Source: Candidatus Zixiibacteriota bacterium (GTDB taxonomy: Bacteria > Zixibacteria > MSB-5A5 > CAIYYT01). From it: DNA of 14,799 bases. Shown one piece after another: positions 1 through 7,286 of the stretch. The notes under the pieces were generated by a model. That model did no database searches. It worked only from the letters and a program-made list of their open reading frames with translations, and had not been told where the DNA came from. How positions within the stretch are numbered: the stretch's first letter is position 1; each line of letters begins with the position of its first letter. A program made the translations under genes and the position numbers. The stretch spans positions 1-14,799 of the forward strand of contig JBECKX010000090.1 in the NCBI GenBank assembly GCA_040235515.1. The letters are read 5' to 3'.

Positions 1-363
1 CTCCACCCCCAGTCCCGACGGGTCGGCATCGACCGGAAAACGGTAGGTAAAGAGTTGAAAGATCTCCGGGTGACCGGTCACCGTCTCATCGGCCAGCGCC
101 ATCAGGCGACTGCGCAGATCACCCACCGATGGCATGGCGAAGGCGTCGCGCAGGACGCGCGAACTCCCACCGGAATCGAATGGGGTCACGATATGAATCG
201 AATTGTGCGTGTACTCCGCCAGGTGGCGGGAGAGCGGATTGAGAGCCGTCCCCCCCGAAAAGAAGAGCACCCGTGGCCCCACTTCAGGCGCACGATGATA
301 TCGAGCCAGCTTCAGTTCATCGGGGATTGAAACGGAATGAGTGACCCTGAGCATTGCTGACAT
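1..363 (-). CDS. CofD/YvcK(GlmR)-like protein of the GAK system, N-terminal part (3' end beyond the left window edge)
   Basis: Not in the ORF track. Manual translation of the minus strand from ATG 363 is open to base 1: MSAMLRVTHSVSIPDELKLARYHRAPEVGPRVLFFSGGTALNPLSRHLAEYTHNSIHIVTPFDSGGSSRVLRDAFAMPSVGDLRSRLMALADETVTGHPEIFQLFTYRF... The FSGGTA, TPFDSGGSS and PSVGDLR motifs match the GGGTG, DxGGSSG and PGDxR motifs of CofD/YvcK. An alternative start is ATG 354, which has AGAGAG 9 nt upstream. Confidence 0.88.
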   Translation of the reverse strand, partial: MSAMLRVTHSVSIPDELKLARYHRAPEVGPRVLFFSGGTALNPLSRHLAEYTHNSIHIVTPFDSGGSSRVLRDAFAMPSVGDLRSRLMALADETVTGHPEIFQLFTYRFPVDADPSGLGVE

Positions 364-407
364 CTCTCTATTCTTTCGATTCCTGTAACCCGGGGGCTGC
401 CCGCTAG

Positions 408-1529
408 CTATACTTCCGAATCGACTTCCGTATCGGCGCGGTCGCCTTGCAGGAGACGCATACAGAAGCTCGCAGCTTTCTCGAAGTTAACTCCGCCACT
501 CAACTCAAACGCCGCAGCCACAGGCAACAGTTCAAGATAGCAATCCTCATCGAACTCCTCCCTGACGCCGGCTGTGGCCCTGTAAAACAAACCTGGCTGC
601 TTCATGATTGCACCCAGCAGATCGCGCCGCCGCTGAAGATCGACTCGCTGCGCAGTAAGCGCTCTGCTGTCTCGTTGCCAATTCAGCAGTATGATGACGT
701 CGAGCGAAGTCCGCAGCACGAACCGATCCTCCCCATACACATCATCAATAATCACATCATACTTTTGCTCCAGTTCCCACAACTCATCGGGGGGGATCGC
801 CGCGAGCGCCTTCCGCTTTTCGGCAGGCATGACTTCCGCCAGCTCTGCATTATTCAACACCGTGCCCGGGTTCACGCGCGGATGCTTGGCGATCCCGAAC
901 ATCTCAAGCTTTCCCGTATCTCCCGCTGAGCGGATCACCAGTCGATCGTTCGACACAAACCGACAACCGCGATTCATCAACTGCAGCGCTAGCGTCGATT
1001 TGCCCATCCCCGAGAAGCCGGCTATTGCCATACCTCTGCCGTTCAATTCCACGCCGGCGGCATGCGCCAGTAGCCCGCCGTGCTGTAACTGCCACTCGAT
1101 GTAACGATTGTTAATGAAATTTATCACCTGATTGCTGTTCGCCAGACAGGGGCCAAACGCCAGGTTGAGATCATTTGCCATCGCGAAAATCACGCCGGTA
1201 AGGCGCTTTCTTACCAATCGACCATCAGCGAAATCGAAATACTCCTCCTTGATCTTCGACTTTCCCGGATCAGGCTGCTTGATCGTCCAGTCAAGCTCAA
1301 GGTCGGCGGCGGGCATTTCAATCGCCAGCACTTCGAGACCCGGGTCACCAGCTTTCCCGACGAATCCACCGAAATACTCCTTCAGCGACGCGATCAGTTC
1401 CGGCGAATTGCTCGCGACTCGAATCGCGAACTCCTCATCAAAGGCCACATCGAGGGAGACGTTACAGTCGACCTCCGCAAGCATGCTCGCCGCAATCTCG
1501 CGAACACTCTTCATCATAGTCAGTCTCAT
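408..1529 (-). CDS. HprK-related kinase B (P-loop kinase, GAK system)
   Basis: LAHAAGV precedes the Walker A motif GFSGMGKSTL, followed by FVSNDR (HprK-type LxxDD position) and HPRVNPGT. ATG 1529 overlaps the upstream stop as ATGA (1526-1529). ATG 1517/1514 and GTG 1538 are alternative starts. Confidence 0.85.
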   Translation of the reverse strand: MRLTMMKSVREIAASMLAEVDCNVSLDVAFDEEFAIRVASNSPELIASLKEYFGGFVGKAGDPGLEVLAIEMPAADLELDWTIKQPDPGKSKIKEEYFDFADGRLVRKRLTGVIFAMANDLNLAFGPCLANSNQVINFINNRYIEWQLQHGGLLAHAAGVELNGRGMAIAGFSGMGKSTLALQLMNRGCRFVSNDRLVIRSAGDTGKLEMFGIAKHPRVNPGTVLNNAELAEVMPAEKRKALAAIPPDELWELEQKYDVIIDDVYGEDRFVLRTSLDVIILLNWQRDSRALTAQRVDLQRRRDLLGAIMKQPGLFYRATAGVREEFDEDCYLELLPVAAAFELSGGVNFEKAASFCMRLLQGDRADTEVDSEV

Positions 1530-2431
1530 CCCCTGCACCGCATTTGTTTGACTACATAACGGGTATATAGTTCAGCCGCATGAATGTTGTTAGCGGCTTT
1601 AAGTCCACGGAATCCACCGAATGCGGACACTTCGAAGACAACCGGTTCCTTCTCGGTGAGGGCAATATCGACACAGGTGAAGTCCAGCTGGAACAGGCTC
1701 TGCGCCCTGCGGGCCAGTTCGATAATCTCGGCGCTCGGTTCGAATGGCTCATATTTTCCGCCATGATGAATCGTCGTGTTCCAGGTACCCCCCCCACTGA
1801 CCCGAGCGTAGGTCGCCAGATACTCTCCACCTAAGAAAGCCAGCCCGAGATCACGGCCGTTGAGTTGCACCTTCTGTTGCACATAGATCATCGGATTGCC
1901 GTCGGCCCGGAATGCCTCTATCGTTTGCTGCAAATCTCCATCCTCCGCCGACACCAGCACCATTCCGCGCGCCTTCGACGAATAGAGTGGCTTCAAGATC
2001 GCTTTTCCATAGCGCTTGACTGCGTCGACGGCAACTGCGACATCCTCAGTCACGACAGTGGCCGGCATCGGAATTCCCCCGGCCTGCAGGGTCAATGTGC
2101 CTGCCAGTCTGTTGATAGCCAGCGCCAGCGATTCGGGGCGCGAGAATATCCTCACCCCGCGCCGCTCGAGGAAGCGCAGGATTTCAAGCCTGTCGAGAAG
2201 CTGAGGCGAATAGGTGCGCCCCATCTTCTTTACGATGATCGCGTCGAGTTCCAGCAGGTTTGTACCATCGCATTCAACCGTACCGCGCGCGAGGTCCGCC
2301 GAGATCCGATCCATATCGATCAACACCCCAAAGCCCGTCTCGCGCTCCACTGAAGCAGTCAACTGCTGTGAGGACCAACCCTCCTCGACTCCGATCACGC
2401 CAATCCGCAACGTACCACCACTATCATTCAT
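1526..2431 (-). CDS. RimK/LysX-like ATP-grasp ligase (GAK system)
   Basis: ATP-grasp motifs ILKPLYSSKARGM, YVQQKV, WNTTIHHGG, FTCVDI and VFEVSAFGGF are present. ATG 2431 (MNDSGGTLRIGVIG, 301 aa) is preferred over the ORF-track start at 2551, which overlaps the upstream gene. GGAAAGCGGA lies 9 nt upstream of 2431. Confidence 0.88.
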   Translation of the reverse strand: MNDSGGTLRIGVIGVEEGWSSQQLTASVERETGFGVLIDMDRISADLARGTVECDGTNLLELDAIIVKKMGRTYSPQLLDRLEILRFLERRGVRIFSRPESLALAINRLAGTLTLQAGGIPMPATVVTEDVAVAVDAVKRYGKAILKPLYSSKARGMVLVSAEDGDLQQTIEAFRADGNPMIYVQQKVQLNGRDLGLAFLGGEYLATYARVSGGGTWNTTIHHGGKYEPFEPSAEIIELARRAQSLFQLDFTCVDIALTEKEPVVFEVSAFGGFRGLKAANNIHAAELYTRYVVKQMRCRG

Positions 2432-2508
2432 GTTGATTGTTCCGCTTTCCATGCGTGAGGTAACTTCCATACACTCGCGTGCCGCGATACACGCCGGCCC
2501 GACTCGAG

Positions 2509-4146
2509 TCAATATACGAGCGCCTGTTGAGGCATCCTGAACTGGTTCCACGGTTTGCTCTCGTGATCCAGCATTTTCTCCAGCAGGAATGTTGCGCGCA
2601 TATACATCGACTTGGCGAAATCCTCTTCCAGTTCAAAACGGGTCGAAGTCGCGAATGAACGTATCAGTCCGAGAGTAAGCCGGGCCTCGAATGTGTCATC
2701 GTTGCTCGAAGCGGCATACCCGCGCGCGAATCTCAGCAACTCATTGATCGCCCAATTCACCAGTGCGCGACGATCATTCTGCAGGATCGGCAGCCGGTAC
2801 GCGGACACGATAAACACCGAGATATCCTGAACATAGTCCATATTGCGCGAACGATGGAGATCAATGTAGTGAACTCGCTTCTCCTTATGATCGAAAATCA
2901 CGTTGTCGACATTGAAATCGCCGTGGATGAAAACCGAAAACGGCGCGCTCATCTGCTCTTCGAGATGTATGGCACGTTCGAGCAACTCCTCGAATGAAGG
3001 TGCCTCCAGCGATCCGATCTGATTCATCGGGAGACGGTAATCGGGATGCACCTTCAGCACATCCTCGATCCGCGCCTTGAGCTGGGCGAAAAAGCCGGCA
3101 TTCACACTCTCTTCCGTGCGGGTTTTTTCCCAGGTCTGCGTGAGCGTCGCTTCCAGTGACTGCATCGCTTCCTTCAGCAGCGCTCCCCGGTTTTTCAGCA
3201 GCATGTCCTTTATCGTATTGCCGGGGAAGAATTCCAGCAGCAGCGACCCGTTGTCGCCATGCTTCTGGAATCCGAAAATCTTCGGCGCTATCCCCGGAAT
3301 GATCTCCTGCCAGCGCTCGATATTCTCTTTCTCCTCCTGGAGCTTGCGTAGCTTTCCCTCCTTGAAAATCGCTGCGCCGGCGCTGTCACCACCCTTGCCC
3401 TTGACACGCGCGATCCGGCAGCCCGAACGCGTTTCCCATATCGATTCGAGGTCAAGATCGGAAACCGACCCCGCCAGATGGGCGCCCTCGAGCGATTCCT
3501 CCAGCGCCTCGAATTGATGTATCTTGAGTTTTTCCCCCACCGCGGCCGAGATGATCGCTTCCCCGATATTGAGCAGGCAATCGCCGATTCGTTCGAGATA
3601 GCGAAAGATGAATATTGCAGTTACGTAGTCTTCCGGTTGGTCGGTTCGACGCAATTCGTCGAGCAGACCCCGAAAGGTCTCTTCATACAACGCGTCAACT
3701 TCGGTTTCCGATTTGCAGATCTCGAGCGCAACCTGTATGTCGCGGCTGAAGACAGCTCCCTGAATCCTGTCATAGGCCTTCAGGATAACGTCGAATGTTG
3801 GCTTAATACTGAATTTTTGGAAGATGTTGGCAGATTTGAGGTACTTGGTCTGACCCACGAGGTTGTTGGCGAAGTCCGCGATACGCTCCAGATTGCTGGT
3901 GATCACGATTACCGACTTCATCAGGTCGACTGTTACCGTGTCATTCCCGCTTACGGTGAATATCAGCGAGAAACACTTGCTCTCGATAACCCCCTTGAGG
4001 TTATCGATGTAATCATCCCGAGCATCGAGCGTCTCCGCCGGCACACTTCCCGGTTCGGTGAGTACCCGCTGCGCATCCTGTAACTGAGATCGAACTTCCA
4101 GAATCAGAAATCGGAAATTGTCTTCAATCTCTTTCCGAGTCAGCAA
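2509..4146 (-). CDS. PhoU-domain / aminoglycoside-phosphotransferase(APH)/choline-kinase-like fusion protein
   Basis: The N-terminal ~200 aa carry two PhoU repeats with the D/E-x-x-x-D motifs DDYID, ERIAD, ETEVD and ERIGD. The C-terminal kinase-like fold has AIFKEG (Lys), LLLEF (hinge), FIHGDFNVDN (catalytic loop) and YIDL. The start is TTG 4146: an in-frame TAG lies two codons upstream, and AGGT precedes it. Confidence 0.88.
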   Translation of the reverse strand: MLTRKEIEDNFRFLILEVRSQLQDAQRVLTEPGSVPAETLDARDDYIDNLKGVIESKCFSLIFTVSGNDTVTVDLMKSVIVITSNLERIADFANNLVGQTKYLKSANIFQKFSIKPTFDVILKAYDRIQGAVFSRDIQVALEICKSETEVDALYEETFRGLLDELRRTDQPEDYVTAIFIFRYLERIGDCLLNIGEAIISAAVGEKLKIHQFEALEESLEGAHLAGSVSDLDLESIWETRSGCRIARVKGKGGDSAGAAIFKEGKLRKLQEEKENIERWQEIIPGIAPKIFGFQKHGDNGSLLLEFFPGNTIKDMLLKNRGALLKEAMQSLEATLTQTWEKTRTEESVNAGFFAQLKARIEDVLKVHPDYRLPMNQIGSLEAPSFEELLERAIHLEEQMSAPFSVFIHGDFNVDNVIFDHKEKRVHYIDLHRSRNMDYVQDISVFIVSAYRLPILQNDRRALVNWAINELLRFARGYAASSNDDTFEARLTLGLIRSFATSTRFELEEDFAKSMYMRATFLLEKMLDHESKPWNQFRMPQQALVY

Positions 4147-4214
4147 TCGCTACCTGAGCCTTTCAACAAAGCAGTCTCAAACAAAGTATGAATATCAGCT
4201 CCATTCACTCCACG

Positions 4215-4499
4215 CTAGCTCTTCTGGGAATCGATCACCAGTGGCTTAGCGTCAATCTGCTCGGAAACATCCTCCTCTTTCCAGGAGACCTTGATCGACA
4301 GCTTGATCCTGTCATCTTTGCGGCGCGCCTTCAGGTCAAGCTTCAGCAGACCGGTCGGCTCAAGCACTATCGGATCTCCACCATTCGCCAACTGCAAATG
4401 GCCGTTCTCGAAGCCCTCGGTCAGGGCCTTCAGGTACTTCACTATCGACTCGCAGTCCTGCAATGACTCGTGCCGAAATTCTCCCGACTCTCTTGCCAT
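4215..4499 (-). CDS. amphi-Trp domain protein (GAK system)
   Basis: 94 aa with an N-terminal amphipathic helix (ESIVKYLKALTEGF), then beta-strands ending in the family-naming Trp (KLSIKVSW). GGAGG RBS is 10 nt upstream. The gene context matches GAK loci. Confidence 0.85.
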   Translation of the reverse strand: MARESGEFRHESLQDCESIVKYLKALTEGFENGHLQLANGGDPIVLEPTGLLKLDLKARRKDDRIKLSIKVSWKEEDVSEQIDAKPLVIDSQKS

Positions 4500-4522
4500 A
4501 AGAAACGTTCCTCCGTGGTAGA

Positions 4523-5683
4523 CTACTGTAATCTGCTCTTGTATTCCGAAATCGCTCTCCGGCGGTCGACGCCGGCAAAGATCAGACTCTTTCTGATTGC
4601 CAGGTCATCCCAGGCAGGCTGCACGCCGATCTCGCGTGAGGCCTTCTCCCGGTCCTGAAAACGCGGCTCTTTAACCTTCTCTCCCATATGGCAGTCGTCG
4701 CCCATCGTGATCAGCAGCGGTCTGCCCCGGCGTTGCGAAGTCTCATTCTGGCGATTGACGACATTGATCAGAAACTCGGTGTACTCCTGCGATTGCGGGT
4801 TCCAGACCTCGTAGCCGTCGACATCATATCCTGCCAGCAGGATAGGCCAGAATTGTTCGGGATGCGGAATGATGATTCCTCCCCCCAGTGACCTGATCTC
4901 TTCTATGAATTCATTGACCTCATAAAAGTGACTGAGCGAGAACTGGCGCTTCACGATCTCCTTGACCGCTTTCAGAAAGATCTGTGCACGGCCAATGGTG
5001 CGATCGTCGCAGATGTCGCGCAGGGCGTCGAAGTAGTTTCTGATCAGCTTGTTGCGCAGCATCTCCTTCGGAGTCTCGTTATAGTGAAGCTCGACCAGCT
5101 TGCGGAGCTTGTGTGTGCCTGTCCTGACAAATTCCACCAGCACGTCGTTGGCGCCGGTCGATGCTGCCGCTTCATTCAGGCGATCCTCATAACGACTGTC
5201 GAGGATCGTATCGAAGTATTCATCGAGCTGTCCAGAGCGGTACTTGAAGGTATGATCGAGCATCTTCTTGAAGACATCAGCATCCGCGACTCGTTCCTCC
5301 TTGAAGTGAACCAGGAACTGCACCTTGCGGTGAAACGCCTTCGCGTAGCAATCAATCTCCACACCGGCATACCCGTTGTAGCACTCGAGTCGATTGTGTT
5401 GTGTGGGAATGATCAGTTCAAGATCGCTGTTAGGAAAACTTGCCGCCACCCTCCTGGTGATCAACTCCATCGGGACAAATTCCGGGTGCCAGTGAATCGC
5501 CAGGATCGCGTCCTGGTCAAAATGCACACGTGGTGGCTCAACTATCCGCTTCTGCTGATCCGGCGACAGATCAACCGTCACCAGTCGCAGGTAGGCGTCG
5601 TGGTCAAAGTCGGTGATCTCCTCCGTGAGCACCGCCCCCTGGAAACCCGGATTATCTAATTTTCGCGCTTTGGATGATTCCAT
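4523..5683 (-). CDS. Divergent PHP-family (polymerase/histidinol phosphatase) metallo-phosphoesterase-like protein
   Basis: PHP motifs occur in the correct order: H64-W-H66 (HxH), PTQH96N (cf. ITDHN), GVE109I, IIPH274P (cf. AHP), DGYE292V, and MGDD330CH332 (cf. GSDxH). It is the first gene of the operon. Confidence 0.68.
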   Translation of the reverse strand: MESSKARKLDNPGFQGAVLTEEITDFDHDAYLRLVTVDLSPDQQKRIVEPPRVHFDQDAILAIHWHPEFVPMELITRRVAASFPNSDLELIIPTQHNRLECYNGYAGVEIDCYAKAFHRKVQFLVHFKEERVADADVFKKMLDHTFKYRSGQLDEYFDTILDSRYEDRLNEAAASTGANDVLVEFVRTGTHKLRKLVELHYNETPKEMLRNKLIRNYFDALRDICDDRTIGRAQIFLKAVKEIVKRQFSLSHFYEVNEFIEEIRSLGGGIIIPHPEQFWPILLAGYDVDGYEVWNPQSQEYTEFLINVVNRQNETSQRRGRPLLITMGDDCHMGEKVKEPRFQDREKASREIGVQPAWDDLAIRKSLIFAGVDRRRAISEYKSRLQ

Positions 5684-5837
5684 GCCTGAATTTTGTCCTT
5701 ATGCAATTGGTACGCAGGAAGAGCGCAATATACGTAGGATTGTCAATTTAGCCCAAGCGGGCCGTGAGTGTCCAGTTAGAAATTCATTAGGATTATGTTA
5801 AACGCAGGTCTTTGACCCGGCTAAAGTTTTTGCTCTT

Positions 5838-5872
5838 TTGAACTTGCGTGCCAGTCCTGTTTACTATATCGT
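5838..5872 (+). promoter_or_regulatory. Candidate sigma70-type promoter for the plus-strand envelope operon
   Basis: Either TTGAAC(5838-5843)-N18-TACTAT(5862-5867) or TTGCGT(5844-5849)-N17-TATCGT(5867-5872), in the AT-richer divergent intergenic region about 115 nt upstream of ATG 5985. Confidence 0.3.
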
Positions 5873-5984
5873 CCACCCCTACGGTAATTTGTAGACGTTT
5901 CCGCTCTCTGATGGTAATTCTCACCAAAGGTGTACCTCAGAGGGCAACAATCACGCGCAAACAAGGTATCTACAGGGTTATTCG

Positions 5985-7286
5985 ATGAGAAACAGAACCA
6001 GGATGCGCAGCATCCTAAGCCTTGCTCTGATAACATCCGCTCTGGCAGCCCTGCTGCTTGCCGGGTGCTCACAGAGCAATCTGAGTCAGGGCAGAAAAGC
6101 CCTCGACGATGGCCGCTATGATGCGGCTGAGACCTATCTAAAATCCGCATTGCAGGAGAATCCGAACGATCCTCGTGTTCTCAAGGCGCTCGGTCGCCTG
6201 CAGTATCATCAGGGCTCGATCGCGGAAGCCAAGCAAAATCTTACGATCGCCCAGCGGTCGCTCCCTGCGGATCCGCAACTAAACCTCTATCTGGGATTCT
6301 GCTCCGAGGCCCAGGGTGATTTTGCCACAGCCGCGAATGCCTATGAGCAGTTCCTCGAGCGCAACCCCAAGTCACGGGTAGCGGACAACGTGCGGGGACG
6401 GTTGCTCTATGTCAAGAATGAGCGCCTTCGGAAACAAGTCGCCGAGGCGGTGAAGGCGGAAGCCACACTCGGTCAGGCTGAGCCGCAACCGTTGACCGTG
6501 GCAGTGCTTCCATTCGTCGTGGCCGCAGATGCCACCCCGCAGGTGAAAGCCCTCGCGGATGGACTCGCCGCCACCCTCTGGTACGATCTGGCATCAATCG
6601 AGGAACTCACCGTCGTCGAGCGTCTCCAGGTCAACTACCTGATGCAGGAACTCCAGCTCACGCAGGAGGGCCTGACTTCGGAAGAATCAGCACCGCGGGT
6701 CGGCAAAATAGTCAGCGCGGCACATCTGGTGAACGCCAGTGTCAACGCCCCCGCCGAGGACAAGCTCTCACTCGATGCGGCACTAGTAATGACCACCACG
6801 TCAGAGTATAAGCCTGCCTATAATGCCGACAACGACCTGAAGAAAGCTCTCGAACTTGAGAAGAATATGACGCTGGCGATCCTCGACTCGCTCGGCATCG
6901 AGATCAAGGGTAGTCGGCGAAAAGCCCTGCTCGATCAGCCCACCGACTCGTATGAGGCCTTCCTCGCTTTCAGCCAGGGAATCAAACTCTACGATCAGGG
7001 TAACTACGTGGATGCAAAGAAGTTCTTCGATGAAGCCCGCAGTATCGACCCCCGCTTCGGATTGGCCGGTCAGTTCGCTTCCGAAACTCAGCTTCTGATC
7101 AGCAACGCCGGAGACTTGCAGCAATTCGACAGCATGGTAATGGCGAGCATCGAAGCCACCACGCAGGTCATTACCAGCCTTACCGATGAATTGCGCGCCA
7201 TCGGCGCGCCTGATACGAACCCGCGCGTCGAGGATGAACCCTCCGAGGGTCGCTCTACCGCTACGGTCTCCGGGGAGGTGCGCTAA
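5985..7286 (+). CDS. Lipoprotein with N-terminal TPR repeats, central CsgG/HfaB/TolB-N-like alpha/beta domain and C-terminal TPR
   Basis: Lipobox LLAG-C28. TPR signatures include GRYDAAETYLKSALQENPND, LGRLQYHQGSIAEAKQNL and GDFATAANAYEQFLERNP. The central TVAVLPF...LTVVER...LMQELQL...APRVGKIVSAAHLVNAS is typical of CsgG/TolB-N-like domains. A further TPR follows (EAFLAFSQG...AKKFFDEARSIDPRF). Confidence 0.8.
   Translation: MRNRTRMRSILSLALITSALAALLLAGCSQSNLSQGRKALDDGRYDAAETYLKSALQENPNDPRVLKALGRLQYHQGSIAEAKQNLTIAQRSLPADPQLNLYLGFCSEAQGDFATAANAYEQFLERNPKSRVADNVRGRLLYVKNERLRKQVAEAVKAEATLGQAEPQPLTVAVLPFVVAADATPQVKALADGLAATLWYDLASIEELTVVERLQVNYLMQELQLTQEGLTSEESAPRVGKIVSAAHLVNASVNAPAEDKLSLDAALVMTTTSEYKPAYNADNDLKKALELEKNMTLAILDSLGIEIKGSRRKALLDQPTDSYEAFLAFSQGIKLYDQGNYVDAKKFFDEARSIDPRFGLAGQFASETQLLISNAGDLQQFDSMVMASIEATTQVITSLTDELRAIGAPDTNPRVEDEPSEGRSTATVSGEVR

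Noticed and set aside
55..330. 91-aa plus-strand ORF
   Set aside because: Antisense shadow of the CofD-like gene, which has clear family motifs on the minus strand.
2432..2551. N-terminal extension of the ATP-grasp ORF (GTG 2551)
   Set aside because: It overlaps the PhoU-kinase 3' end and has no RBS. The recognisable domain begins at LRIGVIG just after ATG 2431.
2509..3500. Aminoglycoside-resistance phosphotransferase
   Set aside because: It shares only the APH fold motifs. The PhoU fusion and operon context argue against a resistance role.
4163..4204. 13-aa minus-strand sORF MELIFILCLRLLC between amphi-Trp and PhoU-kinase, considered as an ATP-grasp RiPP precursor
   Set aside because: The GGAG is only 3 nt from the ATG. 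It lacks the Ser/Thr/Lys donors of graspetide cores, and an ORF this short is expected by chance.
5718..5746. Complete sigma70 promoter for the GAK operon based on TTGACA
   Set aside because: The hexamer at 17-nt spacing is CTCTTC, and the nearby TATATT is only 8 nt away, so no canonical -35/-10 pair can be supported.
5938..5980. Superficial resemblance to a c-di-GMP-I (GEMM) riboswitch (GGGCAA...CGCAAA...TCTA) upstream of the envelope operon
   Set aside because: There is no pairable P2 stem with a GNRA loop and the spacing is wrong. An Rfam/Infernal search would be needed, and I expect it to be negative.
5821..6150. 109-aa minus-strand and 63-aa plus-strand ORFs across the intergenic region
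   Set aside because: They overlap the lipoprotein gene and promoter region and have no RBS or recognisable motifs.
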